From Eledone cirrhosa (lineage: Eukaryota): a stretch of DNA of 64,000 nucleotides. Within the stretch, counting starts at the first letter, position 1; every line of letters starts with the position of its first letter. The notes under the pieces were generated by a model, which had not been told where the DNA came from, did not search any database, and saw only the letters and a list, made by a program, of their open reading frames with translations. The DNA is taken from assembly GCA_964016885.1 (NCBI GenBank), contig OZ024740.1, positions 415,896,001 through 415,960,000 of the forward strand. Reading direction: 5' to 3'. The translations under genes were made by a program, and so were the position numbers. Below are positions 13,501-28,600 of this stretch, piece after piece.

Positions 13501-15340
13501 ACCTTTAGAATTGCTAAATTTATTAACTACTCAAACCTTTAGAATTGCTAAATTTATTACTACTCAAACCTTTAGAATTGCTAAATTTATTAACTACTCA
13601 AACCTTTAGAATTGCTAAATTTATTTACTACTCAAACCTTTAGAATTGCTAAATTTATTTACTATTCAAACCTTTAGAATTGATGAATTTATTTACTACT
13701 CAAACCTTTAGAATTGCTAAATTTATTTATTACTCAAACCTTTAGAATTGCTAAATTTATTACTACTCAAACCTTTAGAATTGCTAAATTTATTAACTAC
13801 TCAAACCTTTAGAATTGCTAAATTTATTTACTACTCAAACCTTTAGAATTGCTAAATTTATTCACTACTCAAACCTTTAGAATTGCTAAATTTATTCACT
13901 ACTCAAACCTTTTGAATTGCTAAATTTATTTACTACTCAAACCTTTAGAATGCTAAATTTATTTACTATTCAAACCTTTAGAATTGCTAAATTTATTTAC
14001 TAGTCACACCTTTAGAATTGCTAAATGTATTTACTACTCACACCTTTAGAATTGCTAAATTTATTTACTAATCAAACCTTTAGAATTGCTAAATTAATTT
14101 ACTATTCAAACCTTTAGAATTGCTAAATTTATTTACTAGTCACACCTTTAGAATTGCTAAATGTATTTACTACTCATACCTTTAGAATTGCTAAATTTAT
14201 TTACTACTCAAACCTCTAGAATTGCTAAATTTATTTACTACTCAAACCTTTAGAATTGCTAAATTTATTTACTATTCAAACCTTTAGAATTGCTAAATTT
14301 ATTAACTACTCAAACCTTTAGAATCGCTAAATCTATTTACTACTCAAACCTTTGGTATTGCTAAATTTATTACTACTCAAACCTTTAGAATTGCTAAATT
14401 TATTAACTACTCAAACCTTTAGAATTGCTAAATTTATTAACTACTCAAACCTTTAGAATTGCTCAATTTATTCACTACTCAAACCTTTAGAATTGCTAAA
14501 TTTATTCACTACTCAAACCTTTTGAATTGCTAAATTTATTTACTACTCAAACCTTTAGAATTGCTAAATTTATTTACTATTCAAACCTTTAGAATTGCTA
14601 AATTTATTTTCTAGTCACACCTTAAGAATTGCTAAATGTATTTACTACTCACACCTTTAGAATTGCTAAATTTATTTACTAATCAAACCTTTAGAATTGC
14701 TAAATTAATTTACTATTCAAACCTTTAGAATTGCTAAATTTATTTACTAGTCACACCTTTAGAATTGCTAAATGTATTTACTACTCATACCTTTAGAATT
14801 GCTAAATTTATTTACTACTCAAACCTTTAGAATTGCTAAATTTATTTACTACTCAAACCTTTAGAATTGCTAAATTTATTTACTATTCAAACCTTTAGAA
14901 TTGCTAAATTTATTAACTACTCAAACCTTTAGAATCGCTAAATCTATTTACTACTCAAACCTTTGGTATTGCTAAATTTATTACTACTCAAACCTTTAGA
15001 ATTGCTAAATTTATTAACTACTCAAACCTTTAGAATTGCTAAATTTATTTACTACTCAAACCTTTAGAATTGCTAAATTTATTCACTACTCAAACCTTTA
15101 GAATTGCTAAATTTATTCACTACTCAAACTTTTAGAATTGCTCAAATTATTTACTACTCAAACCTTTAGAATTGCTAAATTTATTTACTATTCAAACCTT
15201 TAGAATTGCTAAATTTATTTACTACTCAAACCTTTAGAATTTCTAAATGTATTTACTACTCACAACTTTAGAATTGCTAAATTTATTTACTACTCAAACC
15301 TTTAGTATTGCTAAATTTATTTACTACTCAAACCTTTAGA
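9910..15340. repeat. Tandem higher-order duplication, period 2713 bp (80 monomers)
   Basis: CCTATAGAATTGG at 10145/12858, CAAC variant at 10747/13460, GAATGC deletion at 11235/13948 and TCTAGA at 11502/14215 all have offset 2713. Confidence 0.9.
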
Positions 15341-18300
15341 ATTGCTAAATTTATTACTACTCAAACCTTTAGAATTGCTAAATTTATTAACTACTCAAAC
15401 CTTTAGAATTGCTAAATTTATTTACTACTCAAACCTTTAGAATTGCTCAATTTATTCACTACTCAAACCTTTAGAATTGCTAAATTTATTCACTACTCAA
15501 ACCTTTTGAATTGCTAAATTTATTTACTACTCAAACCTTTAGAATTGCTAAATTTATTTACTATTCAAACCTTTAGAATTGCTAAATTTATTTTCTAGTC
15601 ACACCTTAAGAATTGCTAAATGTATTTACTACTCACACCTTTAGAATTGCTAAATTTATTTACTAATCAAACCTTTAGAATTGCTAAATTAATTTACTAT
15701 TCAAACCTTTAGAATTGCTAAATTTATTTTCTAGTCACACCTTTAGAATTGCTAAATGTATTTACTACTCATACCTTTAGAATTGCTAAATTTATTTACT
15801 ACTCAACCTTTAGAATTGCTAAATTTATTTATTACTCAAACCTTTAGAATTGCTAAATTTATTTACTATTCAAACCTTTAGAATTGCTAAATTTATTAAC
15901 TACTCAAACCTTTAGAATCGCTAAATGTATTTACTACTCAAACCTTTGGTATTGCTAAATTTATTACTACTCAAACCTTTAGAATTGCTAAATTTATTAA
16001 CTACTCAAACCTTTAGAATTGCTAAATTTATTTACTACTCAAACCTTTAGAATTGGTAAATTTATTTACTACTCAAACCTTTAGAATTGCTAAATTTATT
16101 CACTATTCAATCCTTTAGAATTGCTAAATTTATTTACTACTCAAACCTTTAGAATTGCTAAATTTATTTACTACTCAAACCTTTAGAATTGCTAAATTTA
16201 TTAACTACTCAAACCTTTAGAATTGCTAAATTTATTTACTACTCAAACCTTTAGAATTGCTAAATGTATTTACTACTAACACCTTTAGAATTGCTAAATT
16301 TATTTACTACTCAAACCTTTAGAATTGCTAAATTTATTTACTACTCAAACCTTTAGAATTGCTAAATTTATTAACTGCTCAAACCTTTAGAATTGCTAAA
16401 CGTATTTACTACTCAAACCTTTGGAATTGCTAAATTTATTTACTACTCAAACCTTTAGAATTGATAAATTTATTTACTACTCAAACCTTTAGAATTGCTA
16501 AATTTATTTACTATTCAAACCTTTAGAATTGCTAAATTTATTCACTACTCAAACCTTTAGAATTGCTAAATTCATTTACTACTCAAACCATTAGAATTGA
16601 TGAATTTATTTACTACTCAAACCTTTAGAATTGCTAAATTTATTCACTACTCAAACTTTTAGAATTGCTCAAATTATTTACTACTCAAACCTTTAGAATT
16701 GCTAAATTTATTTACTATTCAAACCTTTAGAATTGCTAAATTTATTTACTATTCAAACCTTTAGAATTGATGAATTTATTTACTACTCAAACCTTTAGAA
16801 TTGCTAAATTTATTTATTACTCAAACCTTTAGAATTGCTAAATTTATTACTACTCAAACCTTTAGAATTGCTAAATTTATTAACTACTCAAACCTTTAGA
16901 ATTGCTAAATTTATTTACTACTCAAACCTTTAGAATTGCTAAATTTATTCACTACTCAAACCTTTAGAATTGCTAAATTTATTCACTACTCAAACCTTTT
17001 GAATTGCTAAATTTATTTACTACTCAAACCTTTAGAATGCTAAATTTATTTACTATTCAAACCTTTAGAATTGCTAAATTTATTTACTAGTCACACCTTT
17101 AGAATTGCTAAATGTATTTACTACTCACACCTTTAGAATTGCTAAATTTATTTACTAATCAAACCTTTAGAATTGCTAAATTAATTTACTATTCAAACCT
17201 TTAGAATTGCTAAATTTATTTACTAGTCACACCTTTAGAATTGCTAAATGTATTTACTACTCATACCTTTAGAATTGCTAAATTTATTTACTACTCAAAC
17301 CTCTAGAATTGCTAAATTTATTTACTACTCAAACCTTTAGAATTGCTAAATTTATTTACTATTCAAACCTTTAGAATTGCTAAATTTATTAACTACTCAA
17401 ACCTTTAGAATCGCTAAATCTATTTACTACTCAAACCTTTGGTATTGCTAAATTTATTACTACTCAAACCTTTAGAATTGCTAAATTTATTAACTACTCA
17501 AACCTTTAGAATTGCTAAATTTATTCACTACTCAAACTTTTAGAATTGCTCAAATTATTTACTACTCAAACCTTTAGAATTGCTAAATTTATTTACTATT
17601 CAAACCTTTAGAATTGCTAAATTTATTTACTACTCAAACCTTTAGAATTTCTAAATGTATTTACTACTCACAACTTTAGAATTGCTAAATTTATTTACTA
17701 CTCAAACCTTTAGTATTGCTAAATTTATTTACTACTCAAACCTTTATAATTGCTAAATTTATTACTACTCAAACCTTTAGAATTGCTAAATTTATTAACT
17801 ACTCAAACCTTTAGAATTGCTAAATTTATTTACTACTCAAACCTTTAGAATTGCTCAATTTATTCACTACTCAAACCTTTAGAATTGCTAAATTTATTCA
17901 CTACTCAAACCTTTTGAATTGCTAAATTTATTTACTACTCAAACCTTTAGAATTGCTAAATTTATTTACTATTCAAACCTTTAGAATTGCTAAATTTATT
18001 TTCTAGTCACACCTTAAGAATTGCTAAATGTATTTACTACTCACACCTTTAGAATTGCTAAATTTATTTACTAATCAAACCTTTAGAATTGCTAAATTAA
18101 TTTACTATTCAAACCTTTAGAATTGCTAAATTTATTTACTAGTCACACCTTTAGAATTGCTAAATGTATTTACTACTCATACCTTTAGAATTGCTAAATT
18201 TATTTACTACTCAAACCTTTAGAATTGCTAAATTTATTTACTACTCAAACCTTTAGAATTGCTAAATTTATTTACTATTCAAACCTTTAGAATTGCTAAA

Positions 18301-20939
18301 TTTATTAACTACTCAAACCTTTAGAATCGCTAAATCTATTTACTACTCAAACCTTTGGTATTGCTAAATTTATTACTACTCAAACCTTTAGAATTGCTAA
18401 ATTTATTAACTACTCAAACCTTTAGAATTGCTAAATTTATTTACTACTCAAACCTTTAGAATTGCTAAATTTATTCACTACTCAAACCTTTAGAATTGCT
18501 AAATTTATTCACTACTCAAACTTTTAGAATTGCTCAAATTATTTACTACTCAAACCTTTAGAATTGCTAAATTTATTTACTATTCAAACCTTTAGAATTG
18601 CTAAATTTATTTACTACTCAAACCTTTAGAATTTCTAAATGTATTTACTACTCACAACTTTAGAATTGCTAAATTTATTTACTACTCAAACCTTTAGTAT
18701 TGCTAAATTTATTTACTACTCAAACCTTTAGAATTGCTAAATTTATTACTACTCAAACCTTTAGAATTGCTAAATTTATTAACTACTCAAACCTTTAGAA
18801 TTGCTAAATTTATTTACTACTCAAACCTTTAGAATTGCTCAATTTATTCACTACTCAAACCTTTAGAATTGCTAAATTTATTCACTACTCAAACCTTTTG
18901 AATTGCTAAATTTATTTACTACTCAAACCTTTAGAATTGCTAAATTTATTTACTATTCAAACCTTTAGAATTGCTAAATTTATTTTCTAGTCACACCTTA
19001 AGAATTGCTAAATGTATTTACTACTCACACCTTTAGAATTGCTAAATTTATTTACTAATCAAACCTTTAGAATTGCTAAATTAATTTACTATTCAAACCT
19101 TTAGAATTGCTAAATTTATTTTCTAGTCACACCTTTAGAATTGCTAAATGTATTTACTACTCATACCTTTAGAATTGCTAAATTTATTTACTACTCAACC
19201 TTTAGAATTGCTAAATTTATTTATTACTCAAACCTTTAGAATTGCTAAATTTATTTACTATTCAAACCTTTAGAATTGCTAAATTTATTAACTACTCAAA
19301 CCTTTAGAATCGCTAAATGTATTTACTACTCAAACCTTTGGTATTGCTAAATTTATTACTACTCAAACCTTTAGAATTGCTAAATTTATTAACTACTCAA
19401 ACCTTTAGAATTGCTAAATTTATTTACTACTCAAACCTTTAGAATTGGTAAATTTATTTACTACTCAAACCTTTAGAATTGCTAAATTTATTCACTATTC
19501 AATCCTTTAGAATTGCTAAATTTATTTACTACTCAAACCTTTAGAATTGCTAAATTTATTTACTACTCAAACCTTTAGAATTGCTAAATTTATTAACTAC
19601 TCAAACCTTTAGAATTGCTAAATTTATTTACTACTCAAACCTTTAGAATTGCTAAATGTATTTACTACTAACACCTTTAGAATTGCTAAATTTATTTACT
19701 ACTCAAACCTTTAGAATTGCTAAATTTATTTACTACTCAAACCTTTAGAATTGCTAAATTTATTAACTGCTCAAACCTTTAGAATTGCTAAACGTATTTA
19801 CTACTCAAACCTTTGGAATTGCTAAATTTATTTACTACTCAAACCTTTAGAATTGATAAATTTATTTACTACTCAAACCTTTAGAATTGCTAAATTTATT
19901 TACTATTCAAACCTTTAGAATTGCTAAATTTATTCACTACTCAAACCTTTAGAATTGCTAAATTTATTTACTACTCAAACCATTAGAATTGATGAATTTA
20001 TTTACTACTCAAACCTTTAGAATTGCTAAATTTATTCACTACTCAAACTTTTAGAATTGCTCAAATTATTTACTACTCAAACCTTTAGAATTGCTAAATT
20101 TATTTACTATTCAAACCTTTAGAATTGCTAAATTTATTTACTACTCAAACCTTTAGAATTTCTAAATGTATTTACTACTCACAACTTTAGAATTGCTAAA
20201 TTTATTTACTACTCAAACCTTTAGTATTGCTAAATTTATTTACTACTCAAACCTTTAGAATTGCTAAATTTATTAACTATTCAAACCTTTAGAATTGATA
20301 AATTCATTTACTACTCAAACCTTTAGAATTGCTAAATTTATGAACTACTCAAACCTTTATAATTGCTAAATTTATTAACTACTCAAACCTTTAGAATTGC
20401 TAAATTTATTCACTACTCAAACCTTTAGAATTGCTAAATTTATTCACTACTCAAACCTTTAGAATTGATAAATTTATTAACTACTCAAACCTTTAGAATT
20501 GCTAAATTTATTAACTATTCAAACCTATAGAATTGCTAAAATTATTTACTCCTCAAACCTTTAGAATTGCTAAATTTATTTACTATTCAAACCATTAGAA
20601 TTGATGAATTTATTTACTACTCAAACCTTTAGAATTGCTAAATTTATTTATTACTCAAACCTTTAGAATTGCTAAATTTATTACTACTCAAACCTTTAGA
20701 ATTGCTAAATTTATTAACTACTCAAACCTTTAGAATTGCTAAATTTATTTACTACTCAAACCTTTAGAATTGCTAAATTTATTCACTACTCAAACCTTTA
20801 GAATTGCTAAATTTATTAACTACTCAAACCTTTAGAATTGCTAAATTTATTAACTATTCAAACCTATAGAATTGCTAAAATTATTTACTCCTCAAACCTT
20901 TAGAATTGCTCAATTTATTCACTACTCAAACCTTTAGAA

Positions 20940-23900
20940 TTGCTAAATTTATTCACTACTCAAACCTTTTGAATTGCTAAATTTATTTACTACTCAAACC
21001 TTTAGAATTGCTAAATTTATTTACTATTCAAACCTTTAGAATTGCTAAATTTATTTTCTAGTCACACCTTTAGAATTGCTAAATGTATTTACTACTCACA
21101 CCTTTAGAATTGCTAAATTTATTTACTAATCAAACCTTTAGAATTGCTAAATTAATTTACTATTCAAACCTTTAGAATTGCTAAATTTATTTTCTAGTCA
21201 CACCTTTAGAATTGCTAAATGTATTTACTACTCATACCTTTAGAATTGCTAAATTTATTTACTACTCAACCTTTAGAATTGCTAAATTTATTTATTACTA
21301 AAACCTTTAGAATTGCTAAATTTATTTACTATTCAAACCTTTAGAATTGCTAAATTTATTAACTACTCAAACGTTTAGAATCGCTAAATGTATTTACTAC
21401 TCAAACCTTTGGTATTGCTAAATTTATTACTAATCAAAACTTTAGAATTGCTAAATTTATTAACTACTCAAACCTTTAGAATTGCTAAATTTATTTACTA
21501 CTCAAACCTTTAGAATTGGTAAATTTATTTACTACTCAAACCTTTAGAATTGCTAAATTTATTCACTATTCAATCCTTTAGAATTGCTAAATTTATTTAC
21601 TACTCAAACCTTTAGAATTGCTAAATTTATTTACTACTCAAACCTTTAGAATTGCTAAATTTATTAACTACTCAAACCTTTAGAATTGCTAAATTTATTT
21701 ACTACTCAAACCTTTAGAATTGCTAAATGTATTTACTACTAACACCTTTAGAATTGCTAAATTTATTTACTACTCAAACCTTTAGAATTGCTAAATTTAT
21801 TTACTACTCAAACCTTTAGAATTGCTAAATTTATTAACTGCTCAAACCTTTAGAATTGCTAAAAGTATTTACTACTCAAACCTTTGGAATTGCTAAATTT
21901 ATTTACTACTCAAACCTTTAGAATTGATAAATTTATTTACTACTCAAACCTTTAGAATTGCTAAATTTATTTACTATTCAAACCTTTAGAATTGCTAAAT
22001 TTATTCACTACTCAAACCTTTAGAATTGCTAAATTTATTTACTACTCAAACCATTAGAATTGATGAATTTATTTACTACTCAAACCTTTAGAATTGCTAA
22101 ATTTATTCACTACTCAAACTTTTAGAATTGCTCAAATTATTTACTACTCAAACCTTTAGAGTTGCTAAATTTATTTACTATTCAAACCTTTAGAATTGCT
22201 AAATTTATTTACTACTCAAACCTTTAGAATTGCTAAATTTATGAACTACTCAAACCTTTAGAATTGCTAAATTTATTAACTACTCAAACCTTTAGAATTG
22301 CTAAATTTATTCACTACTCAAACCTTTAGAATTGCTAAATTTATTCACTACTCAAACCTTTAGAATTGCTAAATTTATTAACTACTCAAACCTTTCGAAT
22401 TGCTAAATTAATTTACTATTCAAACCTTTAGAATTGCTAAATTTATTAACTATTCAAACCTATAGAATTGCTAAAATTATTTACTACTCAAACCTTTAGA
22501 ATTGCTAAATTTATTTACTATTCAAACCTTTAGAATTGATGAATTTATTTACTACTCAAACCTTTAGAATTGTTAAATTTATTTATTACTCAAACCTTTA
22601 GAATTGCTAAATTTATTACTACTCAAACCTTTAGAATTGCTAAATTTATTAACTACTCAAACCTTTAGAATTGCTAAATTTATTTACTACTCAAACCTTT
22701 AGAATTGCTCAATTTATTCACTACTCAAACCTTTAGAATTGCTAAATTTATTCACTACTCAAACCTTTTGAATTGCTAAATTTATTTACTACTCAAACCT
22801 TTAGAATTGCTAAATTTATTTACTATTCAAACCTTTAGAATTGCTAAATTTATTTTCTAGTCACACCTTTAGAATTGCTAAATGTATTTACTACTCACAC
22901 CTTTAGAATTGATAAATTTATTTACTACTCAAACCTTTAGGATTGCTAAATTTATTTACTATTCAAACCTTTAGAATTGCTAAATTTATTAACTACTCAA
23001 ACCTTTAGAATTGGTAAATTTATTTACTACTCAAACCATTAGAATTGATGAATTTATTTACTACTCAAACCTTTAGAATTGCTAAATTTATTTACTACTC
23101 AAACCTTTAGAATTGCTAAATTTATTCACTACTCAAACCTTTTGAATTGCTAAATTTATTTACTACTCAAACCTTTAGAATTGCTAAATTTATTTACTAT
23201 TCAAACCTTTAGAATTGCTAAATTTATTTACTAGTCACACCTTTAGAATTGCTAAATGTATTTACTACTCACACCTTTAGAATTGCTAAATTTATTTACT
23301 AATCAAACCTTTAGAATTGCTAAATTAATTTACTATTCAAACCTTTAGAATTGCTAAATTTATTTACTAGTCACACCTTAAGAATTGCTAAATGTATTTA
23401 CTACTCATACCTTTAGAATTGCTGAATTTATTTACTACTCAAACCTTTAGAATTGCTAAATTTATTTACTACTCAAACCTTTAGAATTGCTAAATTTATT
23501 TACTATTCAAACCTTTAGAATTGCTAAATTTATTAACTACTCAAACCTTTAGAATCGCTAAATCTATTTACTACTCAAACCTTTGGTATTGCTAAATTTA
23601 TTACTACTCAAACCTTTAGAATTGCTAAATTTATTAACTACTCAAACCTTTAGAATTGCTAAATTTATTTACTACTCAAACCTTTAGAATTGCTAAATTT
23701 ATTCACTACTCAAACCTTTAGAATTGCTAAATTTATTCACTACTCAAACTTTTAGAATTGCTCAAATTATTTACTACTCAAACCTTTAGAATTGCTAAAT
23801 TTATTTACTATTCAAACCTTTAGAATTTCTAAATGTATTTACTACTCACAACTTTAGAATTGCTAAATTTATTTACTACTCAAACCTTTAGTATTGCTAA

Positions 23901-25610
23901 ATTTATTTACTACTCAAACCTTTAGAATTGCTAAATTTATTACTACTCAAACCTTTAGAATTGCTAAATTTATTAACTACTCAAACCTTTAGAATTGCTA
24001 AATTTATTTACTACTCAAACCTTTAGAATTGCTCAATTTATTCACTACTCAAACCTTTAGAATTGCTAAATTTATTCACTACTCAAACCTTTTGAATTGC
24101 TAAATTTATTTACTACTCAAACCTTTAGAATTGCTAAATTTATTTACTATTCAAACCTTTAGAATTGCTAAATTTATTTTCTAGTCACACCTTTAGAATT
24201 GCTAAATGTATTTACTACTCACACCTTTAGAATTGCTAAATTTATTTACTAATCAAACCTTTAGAATTGCTAAATTAATTTACTATTCAAACCTTTAGAA
24301 TTGCTAAATTTATTTTCTAGTCACACCTTTAGAATTGCTAAATGTATTTACTACTCATACCTTTAGAATTGCTCAATTTATTTACTACTCAACCTTTAGA
24401 ATTGCTAAATTTATTTATTACTCAAACCTTTAGAATTGCTAAATTTATTTACTATTCAAACCTTTAGAATTGCTAAATTTATTAACTACTGAAACCTTTA
24501 GAATCGCTAAATGTATTTACTACTCAAACCTTTGGTATTGCTAAATTTATTACTACTCAAACCTTTAGAATTGCTAAATTTATTTACTACTCAAACCTTT
24601 AGAATTGGTAAATTTATTTACTACTCAAACCTTTAGAATTGCTAAATTTATTCACTATTCAATCCTTTAGAATTGCTAAATTTATTTACTACTCAAACCT
24701 TTAGAATTGCTAAATTTATTTACTACTCAAACCTTTAGAATTGCTAAATTTATTAACTACTCAAACCTTTAGAATTGCTAAATTTATTTACTACTCAAAC
24801 CTTTAGAATTGCTAAATGTATTTACTACTAACACCTTTAGAATTGCTAAATTTATTTACTACTCAAACCTTTAGAATTGCTAAATTTATTTACTACTCAA
24901 ACCTTTAGAATTGCTAAATTTATTAACTGCTCAAACCTTTAGAATTGCTAAATTTATTCACTACTCAAACTTTTAGAATTGCTCAAATCATTTAGTACTC
25001 AAACCTTTAGAATTGCTAAATTTATTTACTATTCAAACCTTTAGAATTGCTAAATTTATTTACTACTCAAACCTTTAGAATTTCTAAATGTATTTACTAC
25101 TCACAACTTTAGAATTGCTAAATTTATTTACTACTCAAACCTTTAGTATTGCTAAATTTATTTACTACTCAAACCTTTAGAATTGCTAAATTTATTAACT
25201 ATTCAAACCTTTAGAATTGATAAATTTATTTACTACTCAAACCTTTAGAATTGCTAAATTTATGAACTACTCAAACCTTTAGAATTGCTAAATTTATTAA
25301 CTACTCAAACCTTTAGAATTGCTAAATTTATTCACTACTCAAACCTTTAGAATTGCTAAATTTATTCACTACTCAAACCTTTAGAATTGCTAAATTTATT
25401 AACTATTCAAACCTATAGAATTGCTAAAATTATTTACTACTCAAACCTTTAGAATTGCTAAATTTATTTACTATTCAAACCATTAGAATTGATGAATTTA
25501 TTTACTACTCAAACCTTTAGAATTGCTAAATTTATTTATTACTCAAACCTTTAGAATTGCTAAATTATTACTACTCAAACCTTTAGAATTGCTAAATTTA
25601 TTAACTACTC
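20940..25610. repeat. Long-range copy of about 2140-6780 (offset 18,797-18,831 bp)
   Basis: TTCGAA at 3563/22394, ACCTTTAGG at 4102/22933, CTGAA at 4591/23422, CTCAAATCAT at 6151/24982 and the 32-bp monomer at 6731/25562 all have offset 18,831. AAACG at 2575/21372 has offset 18,797, one monomer less. Confidence 0.88.
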
Positions 25611-28600
25611 AAGCCTTTAGAATTGCTAAATTTATTTACTACTCAAACCTTTAGAATTGCTCAATTTATTCACTACTCAAACCTTTAGAATTGCTAAATT
25701 TATTCACTACTCAAACCTTTTGAATTGCTAAATTTATTTACTTCTCAAACCTTTAGAATTGCTAAATTTATTTACTATTCAAACCTTTAGAATTGCTAAA
25801 TTTATTTTCTAGTCACACCTTTAGAATTGCTAAATGTATTTACTACTCACACCTTTAGAATTGCTAAATTTATTTACTAATCAAACCTTTAGAATTGCTA
25901 AATTAATTTACTATTCAAACCTTTAGAATTGTTAAATATATTTTCTAGTCACACCTTTAGAATTGCTAAATGTATTTACTACTCATACCTTTAGAATTGC
26001 TAAATTTATTTACTACTCAACCTTTAGAATTGCTAAATTTATTTATTACTCAAACCTTTAGAATTGCTAAATTTATTTACTACTCAAACCTTTAGAATTG
26101 CTAAATTTATTTACTATTCAAACCTTTAGAATTGCTAAATTTATTTACTAGTCACACCTTTAGAATTGCTAAATGTATTTACTACTCACACCTTTAGAAT
26201 TGCTAAATTTATTTACTAATCAAACCTTTAGAATTGCTAAATTAATTTACTATTCAAACCTTTAGAATTGCTAAATTTATTTACTAGTCACACCTTAAGA
26301 ATTGCTAAATGTATTTACTACTCATACCTTTAGAATTGCTGAATTTATTTACTACTCAAACCTTTAGAATTGCTAAATTTATTTACTACTCAAACCTTTA
26401 GAATTGCTAAATTTATTTACTATTCAAACCTTTAGAATTGCTAAATTTATTAACTACTCAAACCTTTAGAATCGCTAAATCTATTTACTACTCAAACCTT
26501 TGGTATTGCTAAATTTATTACTACTCAAACCTTTAGAATTGCTAAATTTATTAACTACTCAAACCTTTAGAATTGCTAAATTTATTTACTACTCAAACCT
26601 TTAGAATTGCTAAATTTATTCACTACTCAAACCTTTAGAATTGCTAAATTTATTCACTACTCAAACTTTTAGAATTGCTCAAATTATTTACTACTCAAAC
26701 CTTTAGAATTGCTAAATTTATTTACTATTCAAACCTTTAGAATTTCTAAATGTATTTACTACTCACAACTTTAGAATTGCTAAATTTATTTACTACTCAA
26801 ACCTTTAGTATTGCTAAATTTATTTACTACTCAAACCTTTAGAATTGCTAAATTTATTACTACTCAAACCTTTAGAATTGCTAAATTTATTAACTACTCA
26901 AACCTTTAGAATTGCTAAATTTATTTACTACTCAAACCTTTAGAATTGCTCAATTTATTCACTACTCAAACCTTTAGAATTGCTAAATTTATTCACTACT
27001 CAAACCTTTTGAATTGCTAAATTTATTTACTACTCAAACCTTTAGAATTGCTAAATTTATTTACTATTCAAACCTTTAGAATTGCTAAATTTATTTTCTA
27101 GTCACACCTTTAGAATTGCTAAATGTATTTACTACTCACACCTTTAGAATTGCTAAATTTATTTACTAATCAAACCTTTAGAATTGCTAAATTAATTTAC
27201 TATTCAAACCTTTAGAATTGCTAAATTTATTTTCTAGTCACACCTTTAGAATTGCTAAATGTATTTACTACTCATACCTTTAGAATTGCTCAATTTATTT
27301 ACTACTCAACCTTTAGAATTGCTAAATTTATTTATTACTCAAACCTTTAGAATTGCTAAATTTATTTACTATTCAAACCTTTAGAATTGCTAAATTTATT
27401 AACTACTCAAACCTTTAGAATCGCTAAATGTATTTACTACTCAAACCTTTGGTATTGCTAAATTTATTACTACTCAAACCTTTAGAATTGCTAAATTTAT
27501 TTACTACTCAAACCTTTAGAATTGGTAAATTTATTTACTACTCAAACCTTTAGAATTGCTAAATTTATTCACTATTCAATCCTTTAGAATTGCTAAATTT
27601 ATTTACTACTCAAACCTTTAGAATTGCTAAATTTATTTACTACTCAAACCTTTAGAATTGCTAAATTTATTAACTACTCAAACCTTTAGAATTGCTAAAT
27701 TTATTTACTACTCAAACCTTTAGAATTGCTAAATGTATTTACTACTAACACCTTTAGAATTGCTAAATTTATTTACTACTCAAACCTTTAGAATTGCTAA
27801 ATTTATTTACTACTCAAACCTTTAGAATTGCTAAATTTATTAACTGCTCAAACCTTTAGAATTGCTAAATTTATTCACTACTCAAACTTTTAGAATTGCT
27901 CAAATCATTTAGTACTCAAACCTTTAGAATTGCTAAATTTATTTACTATTCAAACCTTTAGAATTGCTAAATTTATTTACTACTCAAACCTTTAGAATTT
28001 CTAAATGTATTTACTACTCACAACTTTAGAATTGCTAAATTTATTTACTACTCAAACCTTTAGTATTGCTAAATTTATTTACTACTCAAACCTTTAGAAT
28101 TGCTAAATTTATTAACTATTCAAACCTTTAGAATTGATAAATTTATTTACTACTCAAACCTTTAGAATTGCTAAATTTATGAACTACTCAAACCTTTAGA
28201 ATTGCTAAATTTATTAACTACTCAAACCTTTAGAATTGCTAAATTTATTTACTACTCAAACCTTTAGAATTGCTAAATTTATTCACTACTCAAACCTTTA
28301 GAATTGCTAAATTTATTCACTACTCAAACTTTTAGAATTGCTCAAATTATTTACTACTCAAACCTTTAGAATTGCTAAATTTATTTACTATTCAAACCTT
28401 TAGAATTTCTAAATGTATTTACTACTCACAACTTTAGAATTGCTAAATTTATTTACTACTCAAACCTTTAGTATTGCTAAATTTATTTACTACTCAAACC
28501 TTTAGAATTGCTAAATTTATTACTACTCAAACCTTTAGAATTGCTAAATTTATTAACTACTCAAACCTTTAGAATTGCTAAATTTATTTACTACTCAAAC

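Noticed and set aside
17741-17750. TATAAT (-10 box-like) in CCTTTATAAT variants, and hairpin plus T-rich tract resembling a terminator
   Set aside because: These are single-base satellite variants or chance AT-rich matches with no -35 element, no downstream gene and only a weak 5-bp stem.
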